NCBI RefSeq assembly: GCF_902459465.1
Contig: NC_047079.1
Location: 11,346,001 to 11,410,000, forward strand
Reading direction: 5' to 3'
From: Asterias rubens
Taxonomy: Eukaryota
DNA length: 64,000 nucleotides
Shown: positions 1 through 11,209 of the stretch, piece by piece
How the letters are laid out: each line of letters starts with the position of its first letter
How positions within the stretch are numbered: the stretch's first letter is position 1
Made by a program: the position numbers and the translations under genes
Notes under the pieces: model-generated
Told to the model about the DNA's origin: nothing
The model's input: the letters and a program-made list of their open reading frames with translations, nothing else
Databases searched by the model: none

Positions 1-379
1 TTGAGACTTCTCTGTGATTGTGATTTATATGCGTTGTAGAACAGGAATGTTTCATTATTATTATTATCCAAAGGCACTGGCCCCTCTTGCCCTACCCCCC
101 CCCCCCCCACCACCCACAAAAAGAAGAAGATATATACTTTTATAATAATAATTGAATAAAACTACAAATGAAGTAAACTAGATTGTCAGGTGACTCCATT
201 GCTAAAAGCTCTCCAATGTCATGTCAAGGGGGCCTGTTCAAAACAGTACACAAGAAAAAAATCCCTTAAAATCCTCAGACCCACTTGTTTTTTAAATGTT
301 TGTACTGCCTTCCAGGTTTTAGTTACTGTTCGGTTTAAGTTTACTCAATATTGTAATTTGTTTGCTTAGATCTGCTTCT

Positions 380-598
380 GGCTGGTCCAGAATTTAGGGA
401 TGGTTCATTTCCAGACTTTTTAGTGTGTTTTTATAATTGTATTGCTGTTTTTTAATTTCTTAGGTTTGTTAATGATTAATTCTTAGATTGTTCTTTTTAG
501 CCTTTTTTTCTTTGTTCTATCTATGTGAAGCGCCTTGAGCGTCTTTTAGGCGGACTTTGGCGCTATATAAGTTTTCGTTATTATTATTTTTATTATTA
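380..598 (+). mobile_element. 3' end of an L2/CR1-type LINE or LINE-tailed SINE
   Basis: TGTGAAGCGCCTTGAGCG...GGCGCTATATAAG followed by a (TTA)n tail. Family assignment is from memory. Confidence 0.45.
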
Positions 599-1199
599 AG
601 ACCCACCGGGGACCAGACGGTTGTAGTAAATAGGGCAAACCAAGTGGGACCTTGGTGGGGCTCGGCGGAGCTCTAGCCCCCACAGACTGGCGGGAACAAA
701 GAAGGGTCTGACTTTCGTTTAGCCATGAGTTCTATCGAGGCAGATAGGCATTAGCTGAGCAGAATTTGGTTTCGGCTGAGCTGTAAAACCATCTTGAAGT
801 TCCGTAAAATAGCAACGGATTTTTTTTTTTAATTATAATTATTCAAGAAAATTATCAAAATAGTTAATTTATTTCGATGAAACTTCCCTAGGAGACTCAC
901 TCTTGCTTATTTCTTTTCGAATCCTGTATAGGCATATTGACAGGGTCGATCAAATCCTGGATCTATTCACATTGCGATTAATCAAGAAACGTATCAAAAT
1001 ATTTATTTCATTTCGATGGAACCGCCCTATCAATAGGAAACTCATGAACTATGAGCTAGTTCTTTTCGATGTGTGTATTGGCACACTTAATTCAAATAAA
1101 GAATACTCACAAAATTAACAGCAGCTTTAACCTCCTCTACAGTCTCCTGATTTCTCGTTGTTTTAAGTATAACCCCACGTTAACTTGGCGAGATTTCAC

Positions 1200-1515
1200 T
1201 TCTAAGATGACCAAAGTCCACCAGTTGCAACGCCGCAACCTGTGCGCTACGTTATTGTCAACGTCTATAGGTTGGGCGAAAGTCGGGTGAATGAAAAAGA
1301 CTTGCGTTGCTCTACAACTATATTATGTTGATTCCTATCAAATAGGCCTGACGAGTTTTTAATTCTAAGATGACCAACGTCCACCAATTGCTATGCCGAA
1401 ACCTGTGCGCTACGTTGTTTTCAACGTCTGTATAGGTTGGGCGTAAGTAGGCCGAATGAAAAAGACTTGCGTTGCATGCTCTACAGCTATAATTATGTTG
1501 ATTCCTATAGGCCTA
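1200..1515. repeat. Two-copy tandem repeat, unit about 163 bp
   Basis: TCTAAGATGACCAA...ATTCCTAT occurs at 1201 and 1364. Confidence 0.85.
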
Positions 1516-3173
1516 TACTACTAGCCGTATACGTATTAATGTGATTACAGTGGTGCGTGTTTCGTGCTTAATAATAAAACTAAGAAACTGTTTAGTTATA
1601 GAGGACAGAGGACAAGATTGAAGAGCTGAAACAACTAATGACACTTTTAAGGACAGTAATACTATTAATCTTCTCTACAACAAATACTTTCGACATCAAA
1701 GTCAAGAAGAACTATATTCTTTACTGGCAAAGGAGCACGAACCTTTACACTCGTTAAAATGCCAGTGGAGAATTTTACTATTGATTCTGTTCTGAGGACC
1801 TGATACTTCCCTAAGCTAAAACCTCTTGTCGAGCTGGCCGGGATTTTGAGTCAGAAAACATATATGTTTCAATTTTATTAGGGAAACAATACACTGGTTT
1901 TTTTTTTCCTGACATAAAAAAAAATTAATGGGGCGTTTCGATGGTGATTGTGTATTGAGGGCTAATTGTTGTCTAACAGTTTTTTTTTTAAACCTCATTT
2001 CATGTCTAAGATCATGGTTATTTCTCTTCAGGGGGAAATCGCGATCTCTGGTCAATGTTCGAGAATATTCCACAAGAGGGCGCTATTTTAGGCACTCTGC
2101 TGTCGGGTAGAGTAAAATGCACGGTCACAGACTTTGAACCAAGTCTATTTTATTTTTATTTTTTATTTTATTTATTTATTTATTTTTTTTTTTTGGGGGG
2201 GGGCATTGCGAAGTGTATTATGGACACAGGCCTGATAATAACGTAAGAGGCTGGAGATAGGTCACAATGTCTCAAAGGCATTGGACACCTTTTGGTAAAC
2301 TGTCAAGACCAGTATCCTTATGGGTGTATCCCAACATAATAACAACAAATCTGTAAACATTTTGGACTCAACATTGGTCAACGAAGTTGCAAGAGAACTT
2401 GATGAAAGCAAACACACATGGTCGTTGCACAAAATGTGTGAGCGTTCAGATACAATCATAACAAAGGCTTCGGGCCTGAGGCCTTTTAATAGTTTGAGTG
2501 AGAAATTCCCTCTTTCCCAAAAACTACTTTACTTCAGAGGGAGCCGTTCCTCACAATGTTTTATATTTGCTGTCGGGTAGAATAAACTGCACGGTCACAG
2601 ACTTGAACCAAGTCTATAATATTTGTTTCTTTTTTGGGGGTGGGGGGGGAGGGGAGTGGACATTGCGAAGTGTTTATGGAACCGTCCTGATAAATCGTAA
2701 GAGGCTGGAGAAAGACTCTGCTAGGGTCGAAACGTCAGGCCATTAACTATTTGTTTGCAATGTTTTATACTACCAACGGCTCTCCATATTGCTCGTTACC
2801 AAAGTAATTATCAGTATCCAGCGCCTTTAAAGGGCAAAGTCTACTGATAAAATAAATAAATGTAAAGGTCAAGCGGCAATTCAACACAATTCTACAAATT
2901 GAACCCAGTGTGGAAGAATAAATTGTTTAATAATAATATTGTATACAATTGATTCATGTACAATGGGTGGGGTCACATTTTGTAAAGGGTCCTATTTTGT
3001 ACATGAGTGTAACAGCACTCTGCACATACCTGGTGATGTTAGTATAGATCATTTGAAACATTTTAAATAATTTGTCATTCATTCAAGGCCGTTCAGATAT
3101 GTTTGTTGAGATCTATGAATGTATTGCTGGTTCATCTTCGACTGTATAGCGGCTGATTTGCGACTGGTGAACC

Positions 3174-5871
3174 ATGGCAAAATGTCGTCAAAAAAACGAT
3201 TGTTGCAGTTGGAAGCTGATCGTAGTCTTCGCCTCGTTCAGTAACTGCCTTCTCATAGTTGGAGTAAACCACTGCACGGGAATACTCTTTGCGAGTTTCC
3301 AGAACGAGTTTAGGAGCACCACAGCGGAGACTGCGGTAATCTCTAGTATTATGACGTCGTTGTCATTCTTCGGATGTGAGAACTTTTTCAAATCAAAATT
3401 TCTTTTATTTTCTGTATTGTACAGTTTTGTCAGTGTTTAGTTGCAACACAAATCTGTGCATGTCCATTGTTTCGTCATCATTTCTTTTCTAACATGGCGG
3501 CGAGATGACGTCAGTGCAAAAGGTAAGGGCCCTCTTCGAATCATCAACGGCTTCGGCTTTGAATTGGATTCGGCTTCATGCTCCGTTCATTCGTCTGAAG
3601 CCCTATGCACGTACGCAAAGCACGCACATTGGTCAGAACGAACAACCTTTGGGCAAAGCTAGCCTGAGCCGAATCTAGAGTGGTTTTGAAAAGGGCCTAA
3701 AAGGCGCCCCTACGCTAGACTTGATTCAAGTCCCATTCTCGTGTGGGTGAGAGGTCCCTAAGCTATTACCTCAGCTTACTATGAAACAACCCGTAGCATA
3801 CAGTACAGTGCGCGCTCGCCGTCAAAATGTGCATGCGGAATAGGTTTTGGAACGCAGAGCATCACAATACAGTAGTTTCCTGGGCATCACAAACCAGTAG
3901 TTTCCTGGGGATGATGGCACGGGATTGGGACTTGAGTCAAGTCTACCCCTACGCAAGAGGTCTCATTGTAGTACGTTCTCGTGATTACACACATCGATGT
4001 AAGGATAACACCAAATAATAGTTTCGCATACACCTTTCTATCAAAATAATTTGAGAATGACTTGAATGAGTATTTTGTGGTTTTTGTTTTCTTCATAGCT
4101 ACCATTGGTGGTGCTTTGGGGAACGCTCTGGGCTGCCGTATCACCGCAATGATTGGTGGACTCTGCACCCTAATTGGCATGATAGGGGGCGCCCTTACCA
4201 GCAATATTTACTCGTTTTACGTCACAAGTGTTGTCATAGGTGAGTAAAAGCAAAGTGGTCATTGATATCTGTAATAATGATGTTTCAATGCAGAGCTTCA
4301 TTTTGTCGTTCAAAAGATGACATAATTTAGAACAGAATATAGAACGCCGCCAATAGTCTGCCACATAAAGGTTATTTTGAAAGCAGGCAATTAAAAAATT
4401 ACCAGGCGTTTCTTTACGACAAATAAAAATATTTCGTATTTTGACGTGTTTATGTAACTAATTTGGGTATTCACAATACTGTATAAATCACGATGGGGTT
4501 CCCTGTACAAAACAACCTGTCTAAGACAAACTGTGGGTGGCGCCCTGTGAAAACTTCCTCAAGATATAGACACTTTAATATAATGGTTTCCCTTAAGTAT
4601 AAGTCCAGACCGAAACTAAGAAAATAAAAATCTACAGTCTAAATAATCTGTTTGTCATTTTCAGGACTTGGCACTGGGATTCTCTTCACGCCCTCTATTG
4701 TCGTCCTTGCTCAATACTTTAATAAAGGTTACGCTCTTGCCTGTGGGTTTAGAAGCTGTGGCGTAGGAGTAGGAATGATTGTATACGGCCCATTGGTGCA
4801 AACTCTATTGGATACTTACGGTTGGAGAGGTACCATTATTATCATGGGTGCTATTTTAGCTAATACGATTGCAGCTGGGGCGATCTTTCGCCCCGTAAAA
4901 CCTCACCACAAAGTCCAGGAACAACAAGAGATGACCAAGCTAAACAGCAGAACGGTTGAAAAGTCTCCAAAGTCAAAGAAAAATTGTCTTGCTACAGCTA
5001 TTGTGAAGTTATTTCGGCTGAATTTGTTACGTTCGAGTTACCGCTTTTGCGTAGTTTGTTTCGCACACTGCACCTACGTCACTGCGTATTACTGCTTCTC
5101 AATTTACCTCGTCTCGTTTGCTACGTCATTGGGTATCCTAAACACAGATGCAGCATTCCTGTTTAGTATTTCGGGTATCACCAGCATTGTTGGGCGTCTG
5201 CTATGTGGAGTTATATGCGGAAAGTTATCTGCCCAAATGATCTACCAACTTACTATGCTCGTCTGTGGAGGTTCGATTCTCATAACTCTACTTGGTACAT
5301 ACACGTACTTTGTGCTATCAGCGGCCATTTTGGGATTCGCACTTGGGTTTTATCAGACCATTGTTTTGGTAGTAGTGCGTGACTTTGTAGGAGTGGATAA
5401 CTTTGGATCCGCAGTTGGGATGTATTCTCTATTGAGCGGTGTAGCTGGCTTGCTTGGTCCTATACTGGCAGGTAAGTAATACAGACAAAGGCATACACTC
5501 TGGTGAAATTTCAACCACTTACTGCAAACACTGATTGTATCTGGCCCTTTTTGAAACGACTGGATTTGGCTTTAGATTCTGCTCAGGCTAGCTTGGCCCC
5601 GCGGTTGTTTTGACAATATTGCGCATGCTTTGCATTTAAGCCTGAAGCCGAACCCAAAACCGTAGCCGTGGTTTCGAAAAAGGCATATTATAAATCGCTG
5701 TTCTTGTTCCCTTCATTTTTCACAGGCGCCCTCTACGATGTGAATGGGAGCTACTTCGTCCTTTTTGCTATCTTCGGTGGATTATTTTTCCTGGGATTCC
5801 TACCGACTCTCTTGTTTCCTTATCTAAAGAGGATTGAGCCAGGAATTGCCGATAACATCGTGGACAAATAA
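3174..5871 (+). CDS. Monocarboxylate transporter-like MFS protein (SLC16/MCT family), 4 exons: 3174-3375, 4099-4239, 4665-5471, 5726-5871; about 431 aa
   Basis: Exons join in phase at GT-AG sites (202+141+807+146 = 1296 nt). The protein has MCT-type motifs: WxxVFASF..., FASFQNEF, YFNKGYALACG, YGWRG, GALYDVNGSY. Twelve-TM hydrophobic pattern. Subfamily not assignable by eye. Confidence 0.9.
3716..3945. mobile_element. MITE with TAGACTTGA(T/C)TCAAGTCCC TIRs and 9-bp TSD (Mutator-like)
   Basis: TIRs at both ends and TSD CCCCTACGC at 3707-3715 and 3946-3954. Related copies at 6657-6815 (TSD GGCATATGG/GGCTAATGG) and 6875-6990 (partial). Confidence 0.85.
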
Positions 5872-7124
5872 AATCTCATTTCAAACACAGACCACTTGTC
5901 TATATTAAAACCATTGACTGTGTGTGGGTCAATGCTATTAGACACTCTACATCAAAAGACAATAATGGCTTTGGACTATTCGATATCCGTGTTCCACAGT
6001 CTGCACTATGTGTGTCTTTAGAGCTAAATAGACCTGATAACGATAGGAGTAAACAAATGTTGCAGCCCATGTAATAAAAAATGACTACCACGGAGGAATC
6101 ATTAAAGTGTGTGTGTGTGGGGGGGGGGGGGAAATTCACACCATAAAATCCAACCTCTTTCATCCAACAATCCATAAAAACCAAGTAGAAGAAGTGGAGA
6201 TGGGCAGGTCACCTACAAGGAGGTATGACAAATAGGTGGGCATCAAAACAACCAATGGGAGACTTTTGGGACGCTTGGTGGCAGCAGACTTACCAGGTAA
6301 AATCTATTGTTCTCGGTAAAGTGCGCATGCTCAGAACTACGTAAACAATGGAAGTTTACCTGTTAAGTCTGCTGCCACCTAGCGTTCCAAAGTCTCCCGG
6401 AAACCGGACAAGAAAAAGAGGGTGACAAAACAGAAGATAAAATAAGTACTTAAGAGGCATTGTATGCTTGGCAACAGACAGCTCATGATAGAGTGAAATG
6501 GAGAATTTGTGAAGAGGCTTTCCTCCTGCAGTGGAGGGAAAGAGGCTAGACAGAACTGACCACTCCAATCTCGTTTAATTGCACATAGCGCGTGCGCACT
6601 AACATTTTAGTTGGCAAGAGTAGGGGACATCGTGCTTTTTTGTAAGCGGCATATGGTAGACTTGATTCACGTCCCGTTCTCGTGCGAGAGGTCCCTAAAT
6701 AATAGTGCATGCCAACCCGAAAGGTTGGGGGACTGGCCGCGCAAAAGTTAATATTGACGTTAAGCGACGAGACTGACAATAAAAGGACTCTCACGGGGGG
6801 CTTGAGTCAAGTCTAGGCTAATGGCGGCATGACGCAGGCGCGACTGTGCGTCTGCTGAGTGCATGTAACTCTAAGTAGACTTGATTCAAGTCCCATGCTC
6901 GTGTGAGAGGTCCCTAAGCATATCACTCCCAACTTACTATTAAACAACACGTAGCATATACAGTACAGTGCGCGCTCGCCGTCAAAATGTGGTCGTTTGC
7001 AAACCAATAGGGTCAGTACGCATGCGTGAAAGTAATTAACATAATGGAAAGGGTCTATAATAGACCATTTTCGTCCCCACTCGAAAAACAACGTTCCGAG
7101 AACTATTCATTCCTACCTTCGGAG

Positions 7125-7254
7125 AGTAACTATAAATATAAGAAGGAGACTTGCGGGTATAACCATGGTGAAATATCTCTTTTGAGGGAGTGTTGACTCC
7201 GAAAAGAACCGGTGTGGTCTCGATGTTTCGAACAGTGTACTCTGCTCGTCTTCT
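7125..7254 (-). mobile_element. Short retroposed insertion carrying a truncated minimal hammerhead motif, with 12-bp TSD
   Basis: CTACCTTCGGAG at 7113-7124 and 7255-7266. The minus strand reads AGAAGA-C-GAGCAG-AGTACA-CTGTTC-GAAA-CATC-GAGACC. Confidence 0.6.
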
Positions 7255-7276
7255 CTACCTTCGGAGTTCATCTTAA

Positions 7277-7644
7277 AGGCAGTGGACACTATTGGTAATT
7301 GTCAAAGACTAGCCGTCACAGTTGGTGTATCTCAACATATGCATAAAATAAACTATTCTGTGAAAATTTGAGCTCAATCGGTCATCAAAGTTGTGAGATA
7401 ATAATGAAAGAAGAAAACACCCTTGTCACAAGAAGTTGTGTGCGTTTTATAGACCTCAAGTTCTAAACTTGAGGTCTCGAAATCAAATTCGTGGAAAATT
7501 ACTTCTTTCTCCAAAACTATGGCACTTCAGAGGGAGCGGTTTCTCACAATGTTTTATACCACCAACCTCTCCCCATTACTTGTCACCAAGAAAGCTTTTA
7601 TGCGAATAATTATTTTGAGTAATTACCAATAGTGTCCACTGCCT
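7277..7644. mobile_element. Non-autonomous TTAA-site MITE (Kolobok-type, AGG...CCT termini)
   Basis: TTAA flanks on both sides and TIR AGGCAGTGGACACTATTGGTAATT. Many relatives occur in the window, e.g. 8223-8562, 45636-46009, 61741-62129 and partial copies near 2270, 9800, 10130, 44890, 55900 and 57195. Confidence 0.8.
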
Positions 7645-7906
7645 TTAAATATTTTATTTTTGTAGCCCGTTATATCAAGAGTGGCTTTTATCCTTGACTT
7701 GTGCAAACTTTGATATTTTTCAACAAAATAATTACAACAAATCGATTACCTACCCACATATCTAGTCATTATTCAGATTTCTATATACACGTCCGATTTC
7801 AATTATATCAATTGATGCGAGAAGAGATCCCAGAGAGGCCACAATGTGAAAAGCTGTTGTAATTATATTGGTACCCGCTGAGTTGTTCTGTATATGCCTC
7901 TCTTAA

Positions 7907-8218
7907 AGTCATTGGACACTTTCGGTAAACAGTAATGTCCAAGGCCCACACTTCGTGTATCACAACTTCTATAAATAACAAACCTGTGAAAATTTAGGCT
8001 CAATCGGTCATCGGAGTCGGGAGAAGATAACGGGAAAACCCACCCTTGTTTCAGCACGTTTCGCCGTGTCATGACATGGGTTTACAATAAATCCGTAATT
8101 GATATTGGATTAATATTTCAAGATACGTCTTTCACCATTACCTTCTGAAAACCCTGTAAGTTATTTCTAAATATGTGAGCTTTTAATTTGTTTTCTGTAC
8201 CGAAAGTGTCAAATGGCT
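7907..8218. mobile_element. Second Kolobok-type MITE subfamily, sharing one TTAA with the adjacent element at 8223-8562
   Basis: TTAA-AGTCATTGGACACTTTCGGTA...TACCGAAAGTGTCAAATGGCT-TTAA. An opposite-orientation copy lies at 27736-28096 in a nucleolin intron. Confidence 0.8.
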
Positions 8219-10299
8219 TTAAAGGCAGTGTACACGTTTGGTAATTGTCAAAGACCAGTGTTCTCACTTGGTGTATCCCATCATTAGCATAAAACAACGA
8301 GCCTGTGAAAGTTTAGGCTCAATCGGTCATCGAAGTTGCGAGAAAATGATGGGGGGGAAAAACACCCTTGTTTGGACGAATTTGTGTGCTTTCAGATAAA
8401 GAATGAAAGACTTTAATATTTTAGTGAGAAATTAACTCTTCTTCTCAATGGGAGTCGTTCCCAACAACGTTTTATACTATCAACAGCTCTCCAATGCTTT
8501 GTACCAAGCCATTTTTAAAGTTAATATTTGTTTTGAGTAATTACCAAACGTGTACCTTCCCTTTAGTATTCATGCATGCCTTCATTACTCTTTGAGGCTA
8601 TAAAGCGCATGTCCGCCACCACATGAGGTTTAGAATTGTGACGTACGCATGCTTAAGAGAGGCGTACACCAAGTGAGTGCCAAAATGATTATGCAATTAC
8701 TTTATACAAATAATGAATGTTTTTGAGTGCAATGGTGCGAATATTATTTTCATGAATTGAAAGATGTTCTATTCAAATTGACTGCTTCTCGGAAGTGGTG
8801 GCCACGGACTGCCGCTGCATGGCCGGGCCACAGTTTTGTCTCTTATTTTACAATATTGTCAATTACAACGAGAAGGGAAAAAACATCTTCGTAACGGGCC
8901 ACTTCTAGACCCGCAAAATTGAGCTACTAACAAGTCTCCTGGACACTTTGTGCCAATCAGTTCTTACAGAAGTTTGAGGGACATAACCAACAGCCTAAAA
9001 CTTCAGGTCAAAACGCCATTGTTTTTCATATTATACCTTGCACAATTATACACACTCCAAAACCAATACAAAATCGTCCAATCATGTTTCATGGGTCTTT
9101 TTTTATTTTTGCACAGTGCATTTTTTAATGCCTTCCTGGCAGGCTGGCTACTACCTACACGGCTCAAAATGTAACATTAATTATTTTGTGTCAAAATTTC
9201 CATGTAAATTTATGAGTATATTAATATAACAGCTCAGCAAGTTTTGAGATGGGCCTACTGTATTAATTATTTTATTATATTCATCACAAATCAGACGAAA
9301 CAATCGCCATAAGATTGAATGTTTTTACACATCGTGCCTATATACATGAAGTCCATGCTCCGTGGCTCTTTTGTGAAAACGCAATGTCAAAGGTCACAAT
9401 AATGGTCGACACAGAAGCCCCTTTCTCACCGTTATACAAGCCTGAATAATTAGAATTTATGACCAAGTCCGTAGGCCTATTAAACATCTTTCATTTTCTC
9501 AACACATAATTGTGCAGTAATACAAAATATAGTATGTCTGCATCTATCTCTTTCTGATTTAAATATTTTTATTTTGACCTACCCGCACAAAGTAACTATT
9601 ATTCAAATCTGCGTAGTTCACCTTTGAACTTGCTGGTACATACGCGGTGTATACGACTAAGATTTTAAGGTACAACAAATTATACCAATATATTGTGACT
9701 GTAAGCAGAGACGAGCAGAGACCAGCATTGAAGTGTCGAGGTGAGTTTTAGTTTTTGAGAGAATAAATTTATTTATATCTGCTTGTGTTTACTATGTTTA
9801 AAGGGAAGGTACACGTTTGGTAATTTCATAAAATAACAAGTCTGTGAAAATTTGAGCTAAATTTGTCACCGAAGTTGCAAGAAAATGATGAGAGAAAAAA
9901 ACACCCTTGTTGGACGAATTTGTGTGCTTTCAGATAGGAATAAAATACTTCTGGCTAGAAGTCTTGTATTATTTTAGTGAGAAATTACCTCTTTCTCAAA
10001 ATCCATGCTACTTCAGAGAAAGTCGTTTCTCACAATGTTTTATACTATCAACAGCTCTCTAATGCTCGTTAACAAGTCAGTTTTTAAGTAAATATTTGTT
10101 TTGAGTCATTACCAAACATGTACCTTCTCTTTGAAGGCACTGGACACTATTGGTATTACTCAAAATATTGTTAATAGCATAAAGCTTACTTGGCTGCAAG
10201 CAATGGAGAGCAGTTGATAGTATAAAACATTGAGAGAAACGGCTCCCTCTGAAGTACGTAAAATATAACATCTGAAAGCACACAGTCGAGTGTGGATAC

Positions 10300-10790
10300 C
10301 AAGCCACTATCAATGCACTATCATGCCCAACTGGCTCTCATCAAAAAAAAATTACAATAGACTGTGGAGACCAAGTTCACAGCACACAAGCAACTATTGT
10401 GCACTCTCCCGCCCAATTAATGGCTCTTTCCACAAAATACCACATGGGATTGTGGAGACTAGTGCACAGTACACAGGCCACTATTAGTGCACTCTCATGC
10501 CAACTGGCTCTTTCCACAAAATACCACAGTAGACTGTGGAGACTAAGTTCACAGTACAAAGCCACTATTAGTGCACTATCCTGCCCAATTACTGGCTCTT
10601 TCCACAAAATACCACATGAGATTGTGGAGACTAGTTCACAGTACACAAGCCACTGTCAGTGCACTCTCCTGCCCAACTGGCTCTTTCCACAAACTACCAC
10701 ATGAGATTGTGGAGACTAGTTCACAGTGCACAAGCCACTATCAGTGCACTCTCCTGCCCAACATGGATCTTTCCACAAAATACCACGGGA
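10300..10790. repeat. Minisatellite, about 6 x 84-88 bp, in the 5' UTR intron of SLC46 copy 1 (duplicated at 17868-18355)
   Basis: GCCACTA(T/G) anchors at 10303, 10390, 10477, 10561, 10649 and 10734. Confidence 0.9.
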
Positions 10791-11209
10791 AGCTATCATA
10801 CACATAGTGCTATGAAAAGACATTGGGGTTTCCTGATATATAATACCTCTGATAAAAAACGGGTCAGAATTTACCCGGATTCCATATCCAATGGGGCCTG
10901 ACTAGTTGCCGGATCAAAATGACTCAGACAATATTGGGTTGACTAAGGGGATTTAAAGTCGGTTTCTGAGTCAGATTGACCCTTTCCGGGTCGATCATTT
11001 TGACACCATTCTCGGTTCAACCTGACCCAGAAATGGGTCAATCTGACGCGAGGTCTGTCAGTGTATAGTTTTAGTGAACAGTGCTACAGCCTATAGCCAG
11101 TGCCGTGTGTATTTATTGAAAACTACTTTGGATTTTGTCCTTTTTTTCTTCCAGACTTGATGATATTTGTTCCACCTAGAACGGGTAGAGTGCTTCATTG
11201 ACTTAAAAC

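Noticed and set aside
10300-10790. Regular 84-88 bp repeats as a CRISPR array
   Set aside because: The whole unit is repeated with drift, there are no unique spacers or cas genes, and the context is a eukaryotic intron.
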